Under the pieces are notes generated by a model. It was not told the DNA's origin and did not search any database. It was given only the letters and a program-made list of their open reading frames with translations. From Pyrodictium delaneyi (GTDB taxonomy: Archaea; Thermoproteota; Thermoprotei_A; Sulfolobales; Pyrodictiaceae): a stretch of 32,000 nt of DNA. The position numbers and the translations under genes are program-made. The stretch spans positions 630,001 through 662,000 of the forward strand of contig NZ_CP013011.1 in the NCBI RefSeq assembly GCF_001412615.1. The letters run 5' to 3'. This document shows, in pieces, positions 17,899 to 27,294 of the stretch (within the stretch, counting starts at the first letter, position 1; the number at the start of each line of letters is the position of its first letter).

Positions 17899-18312
17899 CT
17901 ATGTCTGAGTCTTAGGTATCGGGAATAATGAGGCTTGTAGACTCAGGATTCCACGCGTTTTGGCAAGCAGCCTATAGAGTTCTTTGACCTTCTTTCCTGC
18001 GCCGTGTACTAGCATTGTGTATAGTATATAGCCTTGTGTTGGCCGCACCACGATACTGGATGTTATTATGTCCGAGTATTCTCTCAGTATTTTCTGAACT
18101 AATGTAGCTATCGTATCATTATTTTCCGGTACTAATAAGTGGAGAGCGCCTCCCACAGTGCCGTTGTGGGTCCACCATTGGTTGAACGCTATGAATAATT
18201 CTACGGCGTCACGTATAACTCGTGATATACTAGTATACCCCATATTTTTGGATATTTCAATAAGTTGTTTATATATATTATCTGGTATTGCTACACCTGT
18301 TTTTACGACCAT
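17899..18312 (-). CDS. NikR-like ribbon-helix-helix regulator (CopG N-terminus plus ACT-like C-domain)
   Basis: The N-terminus GVAIPDNIYKQLIEISKNMGYTSISRVIRDAVELFI is an RHH pattern. The C-terminal ~85 aa is collinear with the NikR metal-binding domain as I recall it. Start taken at ATG 18312 (MVVKTG). Confidence 0.6.
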   Translation of the reverse strand: MVVKTGVAIPDNIYKQLIEISKNMGYTSISRVIRDAVELFIAFNQWWTHNGTVGGALHLLVPENNDTIATLVQKILREYSDIITSSIVVRPTQGYILYTMLVHGAGKKVKELYRLLAKTRGILSLQASLFPIPKTQT

Positions 18313-18882
18313 ACTTAGTTCACCCAAGCATACTAATGACATGAGGCGACAAAAATCAGCTAAATCGTGATCAGCGGCGTAGCAGTCTCCTTATAGCTTA
18401 AGGTTTATGGATACAAGCAATTGTGACACGCATAATTAGCGCATATGGCAGGATAGGACGTAGAATAGAGCAAAAACTCTTGGTAGCATCCCTGACCGTT
18501 ATTATACTCTTATGTAACTTGGAGAGTATTCAGTACCTTCGATCCATAATGTGAGTGTTAGATGATGGTTTAATTTGTCTATTAGAGACTGAGGCAGACT
18601 TTGTGTCAGCATTATTTTGGCAACAACTCTCTAAGAAGTTGATGTGATTAAAAGTTGTATCACTGACTGGCACTATGTTGTATGCGTCAATGTATAACAT
18701 CATGTCGTGATAGGAATTGTATTAAGCAAATGCATATACTATATAGTCGCTCTCGCTTCTAAGTTGGGGCTGTGAAGAAGGATTATCGGGCCGATGCTGG
18801 GAGGCTGTGTGGAGAGTACCCTCTGGCGGAGCCCCCGCCTGATAGCATCGTCTTCCCCACCGTTGTAGCGGTGTAGGCGGTC

Positions 18883-19620
18883 TTGAGCGTGGATAGTAGA
18901 AGGCCGGTACTCGAGCTAGTAGACGTAGTCAAGGTGTATCGGGCCGGAGAAGTGGTCACCTGGGGGCTCCGGGGCCTAAGCCTACGAGTCTACCGGAGCG
19001 AGTTCATAGCCATAATGGGGCCTAGCGGCTCAGGTAAGACAACGCTCCTAAACATAGCTGGCCTCCTCGATCGGCCAACTCGCGGCAAGGTCTACATAGA
19101 GGGTGTGGATGTGTCACGGCTGAGCGACCACTGGTTGGCACGCCTAAGAAACCGCTACATAGGCTTCGTGTTCCAGCAGTTCAACTTGATAAACCGGCTC
19201 ACGGTGCTTGAGAACATAGAGCTACCGCTGATACCGAGGGGTATACCGAGGCAGGAACGCCGCAAGAGAGCCATAAAGGCCTTGCTGAGCGTAGGTGGCG
19301 ACGTCTCCTGGCTGCCTAAGAAGCCTCTACAACTCAGTGGCGGCCAGCAGCAGCGCGTAGCAATAGCCCGGGCTATAGTAGGCGGGCCCTACATAATTCT
19401 CGCAGATGAACCTACCGGCGCGCTTGACCGCAGAACAGCGAGGCTAGTCATAGAGACCTTTGTCAAGTTGAACAAGCGCGGCCAGACAATAATGGTTGTA
19501 ACCCATGATCCCGAGGTGGCCAACTGCGCTCACAAGATATACCAGATACGTGACGGCAAGATTGCTGGCATCAAAGAGCCCGATCCGAGTCGCTGCATAC
19601 TGTCAACAGTCAAGCCCTAG
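18883..19620 (+). CDS. ABC transporter ATP-binding protein, MacB/LolD/FtsE-like
   Basis: GPSGSGKTT, Q-loop FVFQQFNL, LSGGQQQRVAIARA, ILADEPTGALD, VTHD. Start is TTG 18883 or GTG 18889. Confidence 0.9.
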   Translation: MSVDSRRPVLELVDVVKVYRAGEVVTWGLRGLSLRVYRSEFIAIMGPSGSGKTTLLNIAGLLDRPTRGKVYIEGVDVSRLSDHWLARLRNRYIGFVFQQFNLINRLTVLENIELPLIPRGIPRQERRKRAIKALLSVGGDVSWLPKKPLQLSGGQQQRVAIARAIVGGPYIILADEPTGALDRRTARLVIETFVKLNKRGQTIMVVTHDPEVANCAHKIYQIRDGKIAGIKEPDPSRCILSTVKP

Positions 19621-19661
19621 GCTTTTCTATCGACTTCGACACTCTTCTTTTAGAGCAGAGA

Positions 19662-22600
19662 GTGCTTCCCGGATATAGTTTGGAGAAGCACGCCTTGCAG
19701 AAGAAACTGGCGGCACAACTATTACCGGCTATGCTTCTCCTAGCACTGGTTGTTGTAACAGTAGCTATCCGTGTCTCCGCTCTCTCGCCACAGCCGCCAC
19801 CTCCAATCCTGCTTAATGCAAGCTTCATGGGGCCTATGGGTGCAGCTCCCTGGCCTGGTGATACAGCAGTACTCCGGGTTGAGTGGCTATACCGAGGCCC
19901 CTATGTGGCCGACCAGGTCTACGCAGTAGTTCATCTACCGGGCATCTTCGGTCCTAGCAGTTTCTCGGCTCAGCTAGGTGCGGCTGCTCCTGGTGACACG
20001 CTAGAGCTCGTGAGAAGCATTAACGTTGCCCAGGGGGCTGCGTCGGGCCGCTACCAGGGCCTCATAACCCTCTACATAGTCGTAGGCGGTAATGTCTACA
20101 CATATAATTATACCGTGGAGCTAGAGGTGGCTGGATGCCCGGCGGGACTAAGGATCTCAGCACGGCTTGAGCCCTTCAGCTACCCGGGCTCGAACAACGT
20201 AGAACTCCGCGTAATGCTAGAAAACCGTGGCCCCGAGGATGTAGAGAACGTTACACTAACCCTCAGACTGCCAGATGGATGGCAGCCCACGGGCAATATC
20301 AGCTGGAACATTGAGGTGTTGTGGGCGAACTCTTCTGAGACCCATATGGTGCCGGGAGTATATGTTCCTGCCTGGATAGAGCCAGGGCTCTACAATGCCA
20401 CCCTGGGGATGAGCTACTACTGTGTAGTTGGCAATACGACTCGGTTCTTCAACTACACATTCTCCTTGCCCATTCGCGTAGAGCAACCAAGGCCGCTAAG
20501 GGTTGAGCCGCTAGTACTAGGCTGGAGGGCCGGAGTAGCGTACCCGGGCGAGGCCTCGGCACCACTTGATATAGTGCTTCTAAACCAGGAGCCGGTGACA
20601 GTTACGGCAGTCATAGCGCGTGTAGAGCTGCCAAGCGGGATGAGGGTAGCTGGTACTGCTAACGAGACCTATACGGCTGTGGTCGAGAACATAGCAGCCA
20701 GCTATGGTGATACAATCCGTCTAAGCATTGACATTAATATAGACGAGAGACTTCCCCCGGGCTTCTACAATGCCTCGGCCTGGCTTAGATTCGTTGTCAG
20801 CAGTCAGGGCGCGACAACAATCCTGCCAGGCCAGCTTGTCATACCCTTACTTGTGGCTAGTCCCGGCAAGCTAAACGTAGACGTGGTCTATATGGGCTGG
20901 AGTGATGGCTACGCATACCCGGGCGAGCTGTCAGCTCCGCTTCGGGTCGTCGTGCAGAATCTTGAAGACTCAACAGTCACCACGGCTATGCTCGTATTAG
21001 AACTACCCCGGGGCTTCGCCGTTGACGGGAGGAGAGTTGCGACGATAACCCTAGACAATGTGGCGGCAGGCTATGGCGATCTAGTAGAGTTCACAGCAGC
21101 CATAGATGTCTCCAGCAGCCTAGAACCTGGCAGCTACATGGGTAACATGACCCTAGTCTTCATCATGTCGAGCAGTGGAGGTACAAGGATTAAGTATGTA
21201 CGTCTACCGTTACGGCTTGACCTTAGTCCCAGGTCTGTCGAGAACGTGTCCATAGTGTCTAGCCGCTGGTCCATGTGGATCGTAGGGGACGACGCTTACG
21301 CTGCGACAGCAGTGATAGATGTTGGGTACTGGGGTAGGGGTAGGCTTCGCTACCTAGTCGTAACAGTAGAGCCCATCGAGGGCGCGGGCTTGCGCGCTGG
21401 CGCGGAGAAGCTGACGCTAGTACAGCAGGTAGAACTAGCACCTGGCGACATAGCCTCAGTGAGTATACCAGGCATAAGGGTCTACAACGCGTCCCAAGAC
21501 GTCAGTCTAAATGTGACGATGACGGGCATAGTAGTGTCGCCAAGCGGCGGGGTATACAACGTTACATTTTCGAGGATAATCCGGCTTGAGCTGCTTCGCG
21601 AGGAGCCTCTCCAGCTAGGCTACACCAAGGCGGACACTGGCCACATACTCCCCTCCTCTAGCAACGTAGAGGTCTACGTACATGTTGTAAACACTGCGCC
21701 TGAACCCGTGACAATACTCTCCGCAGAACCCCTAGAAGCCCCAAACATTAAGGCATGGCTTAGCGGAGGCGATTGTATAACCGCAAGGGTGGAACCGGGA
21801 AGCAGCTGTACACTCGTATTGATGCTGAATGTCTCTAGTACTGCTAGTCCAGGCTCCTATAGCATCCCCCTAAGGCTGTGGTACAGCTACCGTGGTAACG
21901 CTGGGAGCGTGGTCACGGGAAGACAAGTGCTCAGCATACCCCTGGAAGTAGAGCCTATAGAAGCCTATGATCCCAGCCCTATTGTAGCAAGAGCTTACTG
22001 GGCTCCCACCCCCGGAGTAGCACCGGTCAAGGTATATCCGGGTACCGGTGCTGCCCCACTACAACTCGAGCTATACAACACGGGTCGCTACACAGTCATA
22101 GGTGTCGTTGTACGCCTCGAGCCCCTGGACAAGGGGCTCCATGTAGTGGAGCAACCTGCAGTGTGTAATAGCTTAGCCCCGGGCTCGACTTGCAGCCTAA
22201 CAGCCTACGTAGACGTGGACCCAGAGGCCGAACCTGGGCTCTACAGGGTTAGAGCCGTCATAAGCTATATCTTCACGGCGTTTAACGCACACCTCAACAT
22301 TACTCGTGAAGAGACTATAACGCTGCAAGTAACAGACCCTGCCGAGGCTATAGGGATAGTAGATCTCTCCTGGGCCTCGGCGCCGAGGCCCGGAACACGC
22401 TCCGCCATGCTTGTCATAATGCTCTATCCCGACCCCTCGCAGGTGGCACGTATCCACTCGGTAGTGCTAGAGCTGCCCCAGGGGCTCTCGAATCCCCAGA
22501 CCAGCGGCAGCACAGTAATCGCGGTGCCCCAGGCAAGTCTCCAAATGACTCCGTCAGCCACTAGGGGCGGACAGACAGACATTGCTAGTATAGCTAGCAT

Positions 22601-23618
22601 AATTCAGGGCCTAGAGAGCACTACCTCCGGCGTGGAAGTCTACCTAGCACAGGTAGCAGTCAACGTCACCGAGCCCGGTCCTAAGCCGATAGCATTGACG
22701 GTATACTGGGTAGACAGACTAGGCTACCTGCATAGAGTGGAGAAGAGACTCCAGCTTTACGTGCCCGGAGCACCAAGCATTCTCAGCGTGCATTTTGAGC
22801 CCTACGCGAAGCTGCGAGGTGGCGTAGCAGAGCTAGACATAACGATAATCAACACGGGTGACGCGCCTGTATACAATGTGTACACAGTCCTCGTGCCGAC
22901 ATCAGCTGCTGGGTACCCGCATACATCGGTGAGACATATACCAGTGCTCGAGCCCGGCAAGCCTGTTAAACTGAACTACACGCTCGTATACAATCCAGCT
23001 GGCTTTGGAGGTGTGGAAAGCTACACCTTCACAGGCGTGCTCACAGCGGTCTACGAGGATATGGTCGGAAGAATGACCAGCTTCAATACCAGCATAGCAG
23101 TGATAATGAAGCCGACTATACTACTTCGGATCACAAGCATGAATGCGGAATGGCGCAACGGGACGGTACTAGTGAAAGGTGTGATAGCCAACGAAGGTAT
23201 AGAATCCGCAGAGGCTATACGAGTAGACGCAGTGGCCGACGGAATCTGGAGCTCTTCGTTCCTAGGCTCACTCGATCCCTCAAGCGAGACGCCTTTCCGC
23301 ATAGAGTTGAACACTGTAAGTAAACCGGATAACGTGACCGTGGTAATCAGCTATAGCGACAGGTATGGTATAACGTACAGCTTCAACGCCACAGCCCCCG
23401 TTGTCGAGGCTAGGCCAGAGAAGTCGCTGAGCGAAGCTAAGGGTGTCGAGGCAGAGCCGCCGATACCAGAAGGAGGGCTAAAGATGATTACAGTAGTGCT
23501 ACTAATGCTAGCTGTAATAGTTGGGTATATAGCTTACAGGAGGTTTAGGCGTATACCAAGTGAGAATCAGCTAGACAGCCTCCTAGACAGTGGAGAAGCT
23601 AGCAATGGTGAAGAGTAG
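19662..23618 (+). CDS. large extracellular multi-domain glycoprotein (CARDB/COG1361 S-layer-domain-like repeats) with N-terminal signal anchor and C-terminal TM anchor
   Basis: The N-terminus has a hydrophobic segment (LLPAMLLLALVVVTVAI). There are several beta-sandwich-like modules with the pattern APL..V..N.G...V......LP.G. N-x-S/T sequons are numerous. C-terminal TM ITVVLLMLAVIVGYIAY followed by RRFRR. Confidence 0.85.
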   Translation: MLPGYSLEKHALQKKLAAQLLPAMLLLALVVVTVAIRVSALSPQPPPPILLNASFMGPMGAAPWPGDTAVLRVEWLYRGPYVADQVYAVVHLPGIFGPSSFSAQLGAAAPGDTLELVRSINVAQGAASGRYQGLITLYIVVGGNVYTYNYTVELEVAGCPAGLRISARLEPFSYPGSNNVELRVMLENRGPEDVENVTLTLRLPDGWQPTGNISWNIEVLWANSSETHMVPGVYVPAWIEPGLYNATLGMSYYCVVGNTTRFFNYTFSLPIRVEQPRPLRVEPLVLGWRAGVAYPGEASAPLDIVLLNQEPVTVTAVIARVELPSGMRVAGTANETYTAVVENIAASYGDTIRLSIDINIDERLPPGFYNASAWLRFVVSSQGATTILPGQLVIPLLVASPGKLNVDVVYMGWSDGYAYPGELSAPLRVVVQNLEDSTVTTAMLVLELPRGFAVDGRRVATITLDNVAAGYGDLVEFTAAIDVSSSLEPGSYMGNMTLVFIMSSSGGTRIKYVRLPLRLDLSPRSVENVSIVSSRWSMWIVGDDAYAATAVIDVGYWGRGRLRYLVVTVEPIEGAGLRAGAEKLTLVQQVELAPGDIASVSIPGIRVYNASQDVSLNVTMTGIVVSPSGGVYNVTFSRIIRLELLREEPLQLGYTKADTGHILPSSSNVEVYVHVVNTAPEPVTILSAEPLEAPNIKAWLSGGDCITARVEPGSSCTLVLMLNVSSTASPGSYSIPLRLWYSYRGNAGSVVTGRQVLSIPLEVEPIEAYDPSPIVARAYWAPTPGVAPVKVYPGTGAAPLQLELYNTGRYTVIGVVVRLEPLDKGLHVVEQPAVCNSLAPGSTCSLTAYVDVDPEAEPGLYRVRAVISYIFTAFNAHLNITREETITLQVTDPAEAIGIVDLSWASAPRPGTRSAMLVIMLYPDPSQVARIHSVVLELPQGLSNPQTSGSTVIAVPQASLQMTPSATRGGQTDIASIASIIQGLESTTSGVEVYLAQVAVNVTEPGPKPIALTVYWVDRLGYLHRVEKRLQLYVPGAPSILSVHFEPYAKLRGGVAELDITIINTGDAPVYNVYTVLVPTSAAGYPHTSVRHIPVLEPGKPVKLNYTLVYNPAGFGGVESYTFTGVLTAVYEDMVGRMTSFNTSIAVIMKPTILLRITSMNAEWRNGTVLVKGVIANEGIESAEAIRVDAVADGIWSSSFLGSLDPSSETPFRIELNTVSKPDNVTVVISYSDRYGITYSFNATAPVVEARPEKSLSEAKGVEAEPPIPEGGLKMITVVLLMLAVIVGYIAYRRFRRIPSENQLDSLLDSGEASNGEE
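20517..21266 (+). repeat. tandem 375-nt (125-aa) domain duplication inside the surface-protein gene
   Basis: Units start LGWRAGVAYPGEASAPL (20517) and MGWSDGYAYPGELSAPL (20892) and share GW..G.AYPGE.SAPL...ELP.G...N.AA.YGD...L.PG.Y. The identical 12-mer TACCCGGGCGAG occurs at 20541 and 20916. Confidence 0.65.
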
Positions 23619-23620
23619 AG

Positions 23621-24841
23621 ATGAATGCCAGTGAGCTAGCAGACATGTTTGTATTTGCGCTTAAAGTGCTCAGCGAGCGCAAGATCAGGAGTCTGCTGAC
23701 GATAGTGGGGATAGCTATAGGTCCGATAGCTCTCGTAGCAATCATGGGAGTAGTACAGGGCTACTCCGGCTACGTTATAAAGCAGCTAGCAGGGCTAGGC
23801 CAGAACCTTATCGTGCTCGTACCAGGGGCAGACTATAAGATGACAGAGGATGATGTAGAGTTCCTCAAGAGCCTCCCGGGTGTAGAGGCTGTGACACCCT
23901 TCTATAGCATACGCGCGGAGGTGAAGCAAGGTGCTCAGAAGGTAGAGGCAGCGATATACGCTGTAGACATGGAGATATTCTTCAAAGCGCTCGGCAAGCT
24001 ACGGGTCGAGGAGGGCAGTATACCGCCCCCAGGTGAGGTTATAGGCTCGGTAATAGGCCACTACATAGCATTTGGCGAGAGAGGGCACCGCTACTACAGC
24101 TTAGGTGACGTACTCACAGTCAGCTACTATGAGCTAAGACCGGGCGGCCGGCCAACCGAGAAGCGGATAAACGTAATCGTGCGCGGAGTCCTCGCCGAGT
24201 TTGGCAACGCGTTCTTCGTCAACCCTGATACTACTATCTTTCTGCCACTTAGCGCGGGCTCCCGGCTTCTAGGGATGAAGGAGTGGAGTGGCGTCATAGT
24301 GGTCGTTGAGGACCCGGTCTACGTTGAGAACCTTACTAGGACTCTTAGAGAGGTCTACCAAGAGAGAGTCGGGGTCATATCGCTCGTAGAGATATCCCGG
24401 GTAGTCTCCACGATAACGGCTGCAATGGAGTTTATCACCATGGCTGCGGGTGGCGCGGCGTTCGTTGTAGCGGTGACGGGCGTAGCAGCTACTATGATAA
24501 CCTCGGTTATGGAGCGTACTCGCGAGATAGGCGTGTTAAAGGCTATAGGCTTCACGAGCAGAGAAGTAGTAGCTATGATACTCATAGAGGCCTTAGTAAT
24601 GAGCCTCATAGGGGCAGCTGTAGGCATCGCGATAGGTGTGGCGGCAGCTTACGCCCTCTCCGGGAAAGGTATGGTGATAAAGGGTGTTCATACTTTAGTG
24701 ATAAAGGCTGAGCCGGCTATAACACCAAAGCTGATAGGGCTAACGCTAGTCATGACAATAACTGTGGGGGTTGTAGGGGGAGCACTACCGGCATACCAGG
24801 CGGCGAGGATACCTCCTGCAGTAGCTCTACGTTACGAGTAG
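23621..24841 (+). CDS. ABC transporter permease, FtsX/MacB family
   Basis: N-terminal TM, a ~230-aa periplasmic-type domain, then three C-terminal TMs with the ERTREIGVLKAIGF motif. ATG lies 2 nt after the upstream stop. Confidence 0.9.
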   Translation: MNASELADMFVFALKVLSERKIRSLLTIVGIAIGPIALVAIMGVVQGYSGYVIKQLAGLGQNLIVLVPGADYKMTEDDVEFLKSLPGVEAVTPFYSIRAEVKQGAQKVEAAIYAVDMEIFFKALGKLRVEEGSIPPPGEVIGSVIGHYIAFGERGHRYYSLGDVLTVSYYELRPGGRPTEKRINVIVRGVLAEFGNAFFVNPDTTIFLPLSAGSRLLGMKEWSGVIVVVEDPVYVENLTRTLREVYQERVGVISLVEISRVVSTITAAMEFITMAAGGAAFVVAVTGVAATMITSVMERTREIGVLKAIGFTSREVVAMILIEALVMSLIGAAVGIAIGVAAAYALSGKGMVIKGVHTLVIKAEPAITPKLIGLTLVMTITVGVVGGALPAYQAARIPPAVALRYE

Positions 24842-24922
24842 TGCGACACGCTACAACACCAGCATTACAATTTAGGCCCAGCCGGCTCTACACCCTATAG
24901 GGATGGGGCCTCTGTAGGAAGC

Positions 24923-25264
24923 ATGAAGAGCAGCGAGGGTGTAGCCTGCGTGAGCAAAGAGTACAAAGGAAGAAGAATAGTTGTGTGGCCAGTCTATCTT
25001 GATGCATCTGCCTCGCGTAGCGAAGGCAGGAAGATACCCCTACGAGATGCAGTGCGGAAGCCTAGAGTAGAGGAGATAGTCGAGGCTGCTAAGAGGCTTG
25101 GCTTAAATCCAGAAGTCGAAGAAGCCAGGTACCCCCGTAGTTGGTGGGAGAATACTCGTCGCATATTAGTAGATAAAATGGGCTCAAAACTATCAACATT
25201 AAAGGCATTGGCTCTTGAAATAAGGAAAATTAGGGAGGAGAAACGCCGGCTCCGCTACACGTAG
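24923..25264 (+). CDS. srp19: signal recognition particle protein SRP19
   Basis: RIVVWPVYLDASASRSEGRKIP...AV..P..EEI.EAAKRLGL...E....YPRSWWE is the SRP19 signature. Confidence 0.85.
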   Translation: MKSSEGVACVSKEYKGRRIVVWPVYLDASASRSEGRKIPLRDAVRKPRVEEIVEAAKRLGLNPEVEEARYPRSWWENTRRILVDKMGSKLSTLKALALEIRKIREEKRRLRYT

Positions 25265-25340
25265 AGTCTTGTGTTTTGTCTGCCTCTCTACTGTCTAAGT
25301 TAAGGAATAGGAAATAACACTAAACTGGCGGCGATGGATT

Positions 25341-25712
25341 ATGACGGTGTATATGCCACCAACCAATATAAATCCTGTAAAACTTGTAGTAGCACTTACT
25401 CTGACCCTTCTAATCAATGTGCCATTCGGCTATTGGCGGGCATATGCTAGAAATAATAATCGAAAAATAGAGTGGATTATAGCAGTGCATGCACCAGTAC
25501 CGTTAATAGTGATGTTGCGTAAATGGGTTGGAATAATGCTTTCATTAGACTACATTGTAGCGATAATAGCGTTTGTAGCAATGTACTTTGTTGGTCAAAG
25601 GCTAGGCGGTAAGATATATACTAGGTTGGCGTCCAGTGGTTGCATAGATACTAGCCGAAACTTGTTATGTGATGTGGTGAAGCTTCAGCGGTTATCCTCA
25701 TGCAAAGTATAG
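25341..25712 (+). CDS. small hypothetical membrane protein
   Basis: 123 aa with three predicted hydrophobic helices. AT-rich. No family recognised. Confidence 0.45.
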   Translation: MTVYMPPTNINPVKLVVALTLTLLINVPFGYWRAYARNNNRKIEWIIAVHAPVPLIVMLRKWVGIMLSLDYIVAIIAFVAMYFVGQRLGGKIYTRLASSGCIDTSRNLLCDVVKLQRLSSCKV

Positions 25713-25768
25713 AGTAGGCTAATTATATATCCTGGTAACATATAGCGAGAAACGGGCATTCGTTATGA

Positions 25769-27151
25769 TTAGTTAGTACCACCATTTATAGCAAACATTT
25801 CAATAGGAAGAGTGATGTGGTTGGTTGGTATCTTGTAACGCGACTTTATAACTCTAATGCTTACATGGATTTTGTTGTTAACCCGTCTAGGGGTAAAGTA
25901 GAATATTGCATCGTATATGTTGAGAAGTGGATTAGCATTTAGGAGCTTCCTAAGAGTGATTGTATAGACATATACTCCAGTTATGTTATGAATTTTACGG
26001 TATTGAATGTTGTTATAATGTTCTCGTATACCTATTTCTTGTCCGCCGGAGAGCCAGAAGGCTTGTTCTATACCATCGATTACTACAATATCGGGTTTGA
26101 CAGCGAGATCCTCTTCTATATTCATCATTGCTAGCTCGGTCACAGAGTAGAGTGTAGGATTGATGCTGCTTAAATGTACAAACTCTATCGTAGGGTTCTT
26201 GCACTTCAATTCTTTAAGAACCCACTGGATCTCTTCTGGTGAACGTGTAAAGGTTCTATAGAGTAGTTTAATAGATGGTTTGATACGGGTCTTACATGCT
26301 ATACCAAATAGAGTCGACAAGGGATCGAGAACTGGATTTATGGCCACAAGTACTTGGGCGCCACGAGGTAGAGTAAAGCTATAGTTTGCATCACCTGTCT
26401 CTAGCTGAAAGGCTAGATTTTCCTGTGGAGCGTGAATGTCGATAATTCTCGGTGGCGTCCTTACAGCTATGACTTTGCCTGGCACTATGGCATATGTTAG
26501 TCTGGCAAGTGTGGCGCGGTGGCCACGCATTTTACGAATTTCCATTATTCGAACAATTTTGTCTCCACTAAACTTAGTCCTTAAAATTATCAATCCATCT
26601 GCTATGAATTCTTCTATTCCGTAGCCTAGCTTGGGATCGCCAATAGGTAGCTCAGCTGTCAAAACAGTTGTTATCCCGCGCTTCTTCATATAATGTATGA
26701 AAAGGCTATGTAGCAGTTCGCGTGCTCTTTTGGCGCTTCCGAGTATCTGAAGTAGGGAAGTTATAGTATCAATAGCTACCCTTTTTGCTTTTATAGTGTT
26801 TATAATTGTAAGGAGGTTTTCGAGAATAGCCATGACGGCTTCATCATCATTTATGTTGAGTGCCTCTATGAATATGAACTTGCCTTTGCTCTCATAGCTC
26901 TGGAAGTCTAGGCCGAGATTTGCCATGTTCTCGTAGAACTCTTCCTTGTATTCGTTAAAGCTGAGGTAGACACTAGGTTGATTGAATTTGGTTAGTCCCT
27001 CGTATATGAAGCGGGCAGCGAAGCTAGTCTTGCCGCTTCCCGGGGCTCCGGCGACTAGTATTACGCTTCCAGGGCGTACTCCGCCGCCAAGGGCTTCATC
27101 GAGTCCACTTATACCTAGAGGGATTAACGCGGTATCAGACTTCTTGCCCAA
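25769..27151 (-). CDS. KaiC-like RecA-superfamily ATPase (active N-domain plus degenerate second domain)
   Basis: GISGLDEALGGGVRPGSVILVAGAPGSGKTSFAARF (Walker A) in the N-terminal half. The C-terminal ~230 aa is RecA-like in length but lacks GxxxxGK[ST]. TTG start. Confidence 0.75.
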   Translation of the reverse strand: MGKKSDTALIPLGISGLDEALGGGVRPGSVILVAGAPGSGKTSFAARFIYEGLTKFNQPSVYLSFNEYKEEFYENMANLGLDFQSYESKGKFIFIEALNINDDEAVMAILENLLTIINTIKAKRVAIDTITSLLQILGSAKRARELLHSLFIHYMKKRGITTVLTAELPIGDPKLGYGIEEFIADGLIILRTKFSGDKIVRIMEIRKMRGHRATLARLTYAIVPGKVIAVRTPPRIIDIHAPQENLAFQLETGDANYSFTLPRGAQVLVAINPVLDPLSTLFGIACKTRIKPSIKLLYRTFTRSPEEIQWVLKELKCKNPTIEFVHLSSINPTLYSVTELAMMNIEEDLAVKPDIVVIDGIEQAFWLSGGQEIGIREHYNNIQYRKIHNITGVYVYTITLRKLLNANPLLNIYDAIFYFTPRRVNNKIHVSIRVIKSRYKIPTNHITLPIEMFAINGGTN

Positions 27152-27294
27152 GTTTATTATGCCTCTAGACTGCTCCTACCTGGGTATGACAGCGTGTGCC
27201 GGACTTTTTAGGGCTGTGGAATGTGAAGAATTTGGCAACAGTCTTACGATAAATGCTTAACTCTAGTATACAGCGGCATCCTGTGGGACTATAT

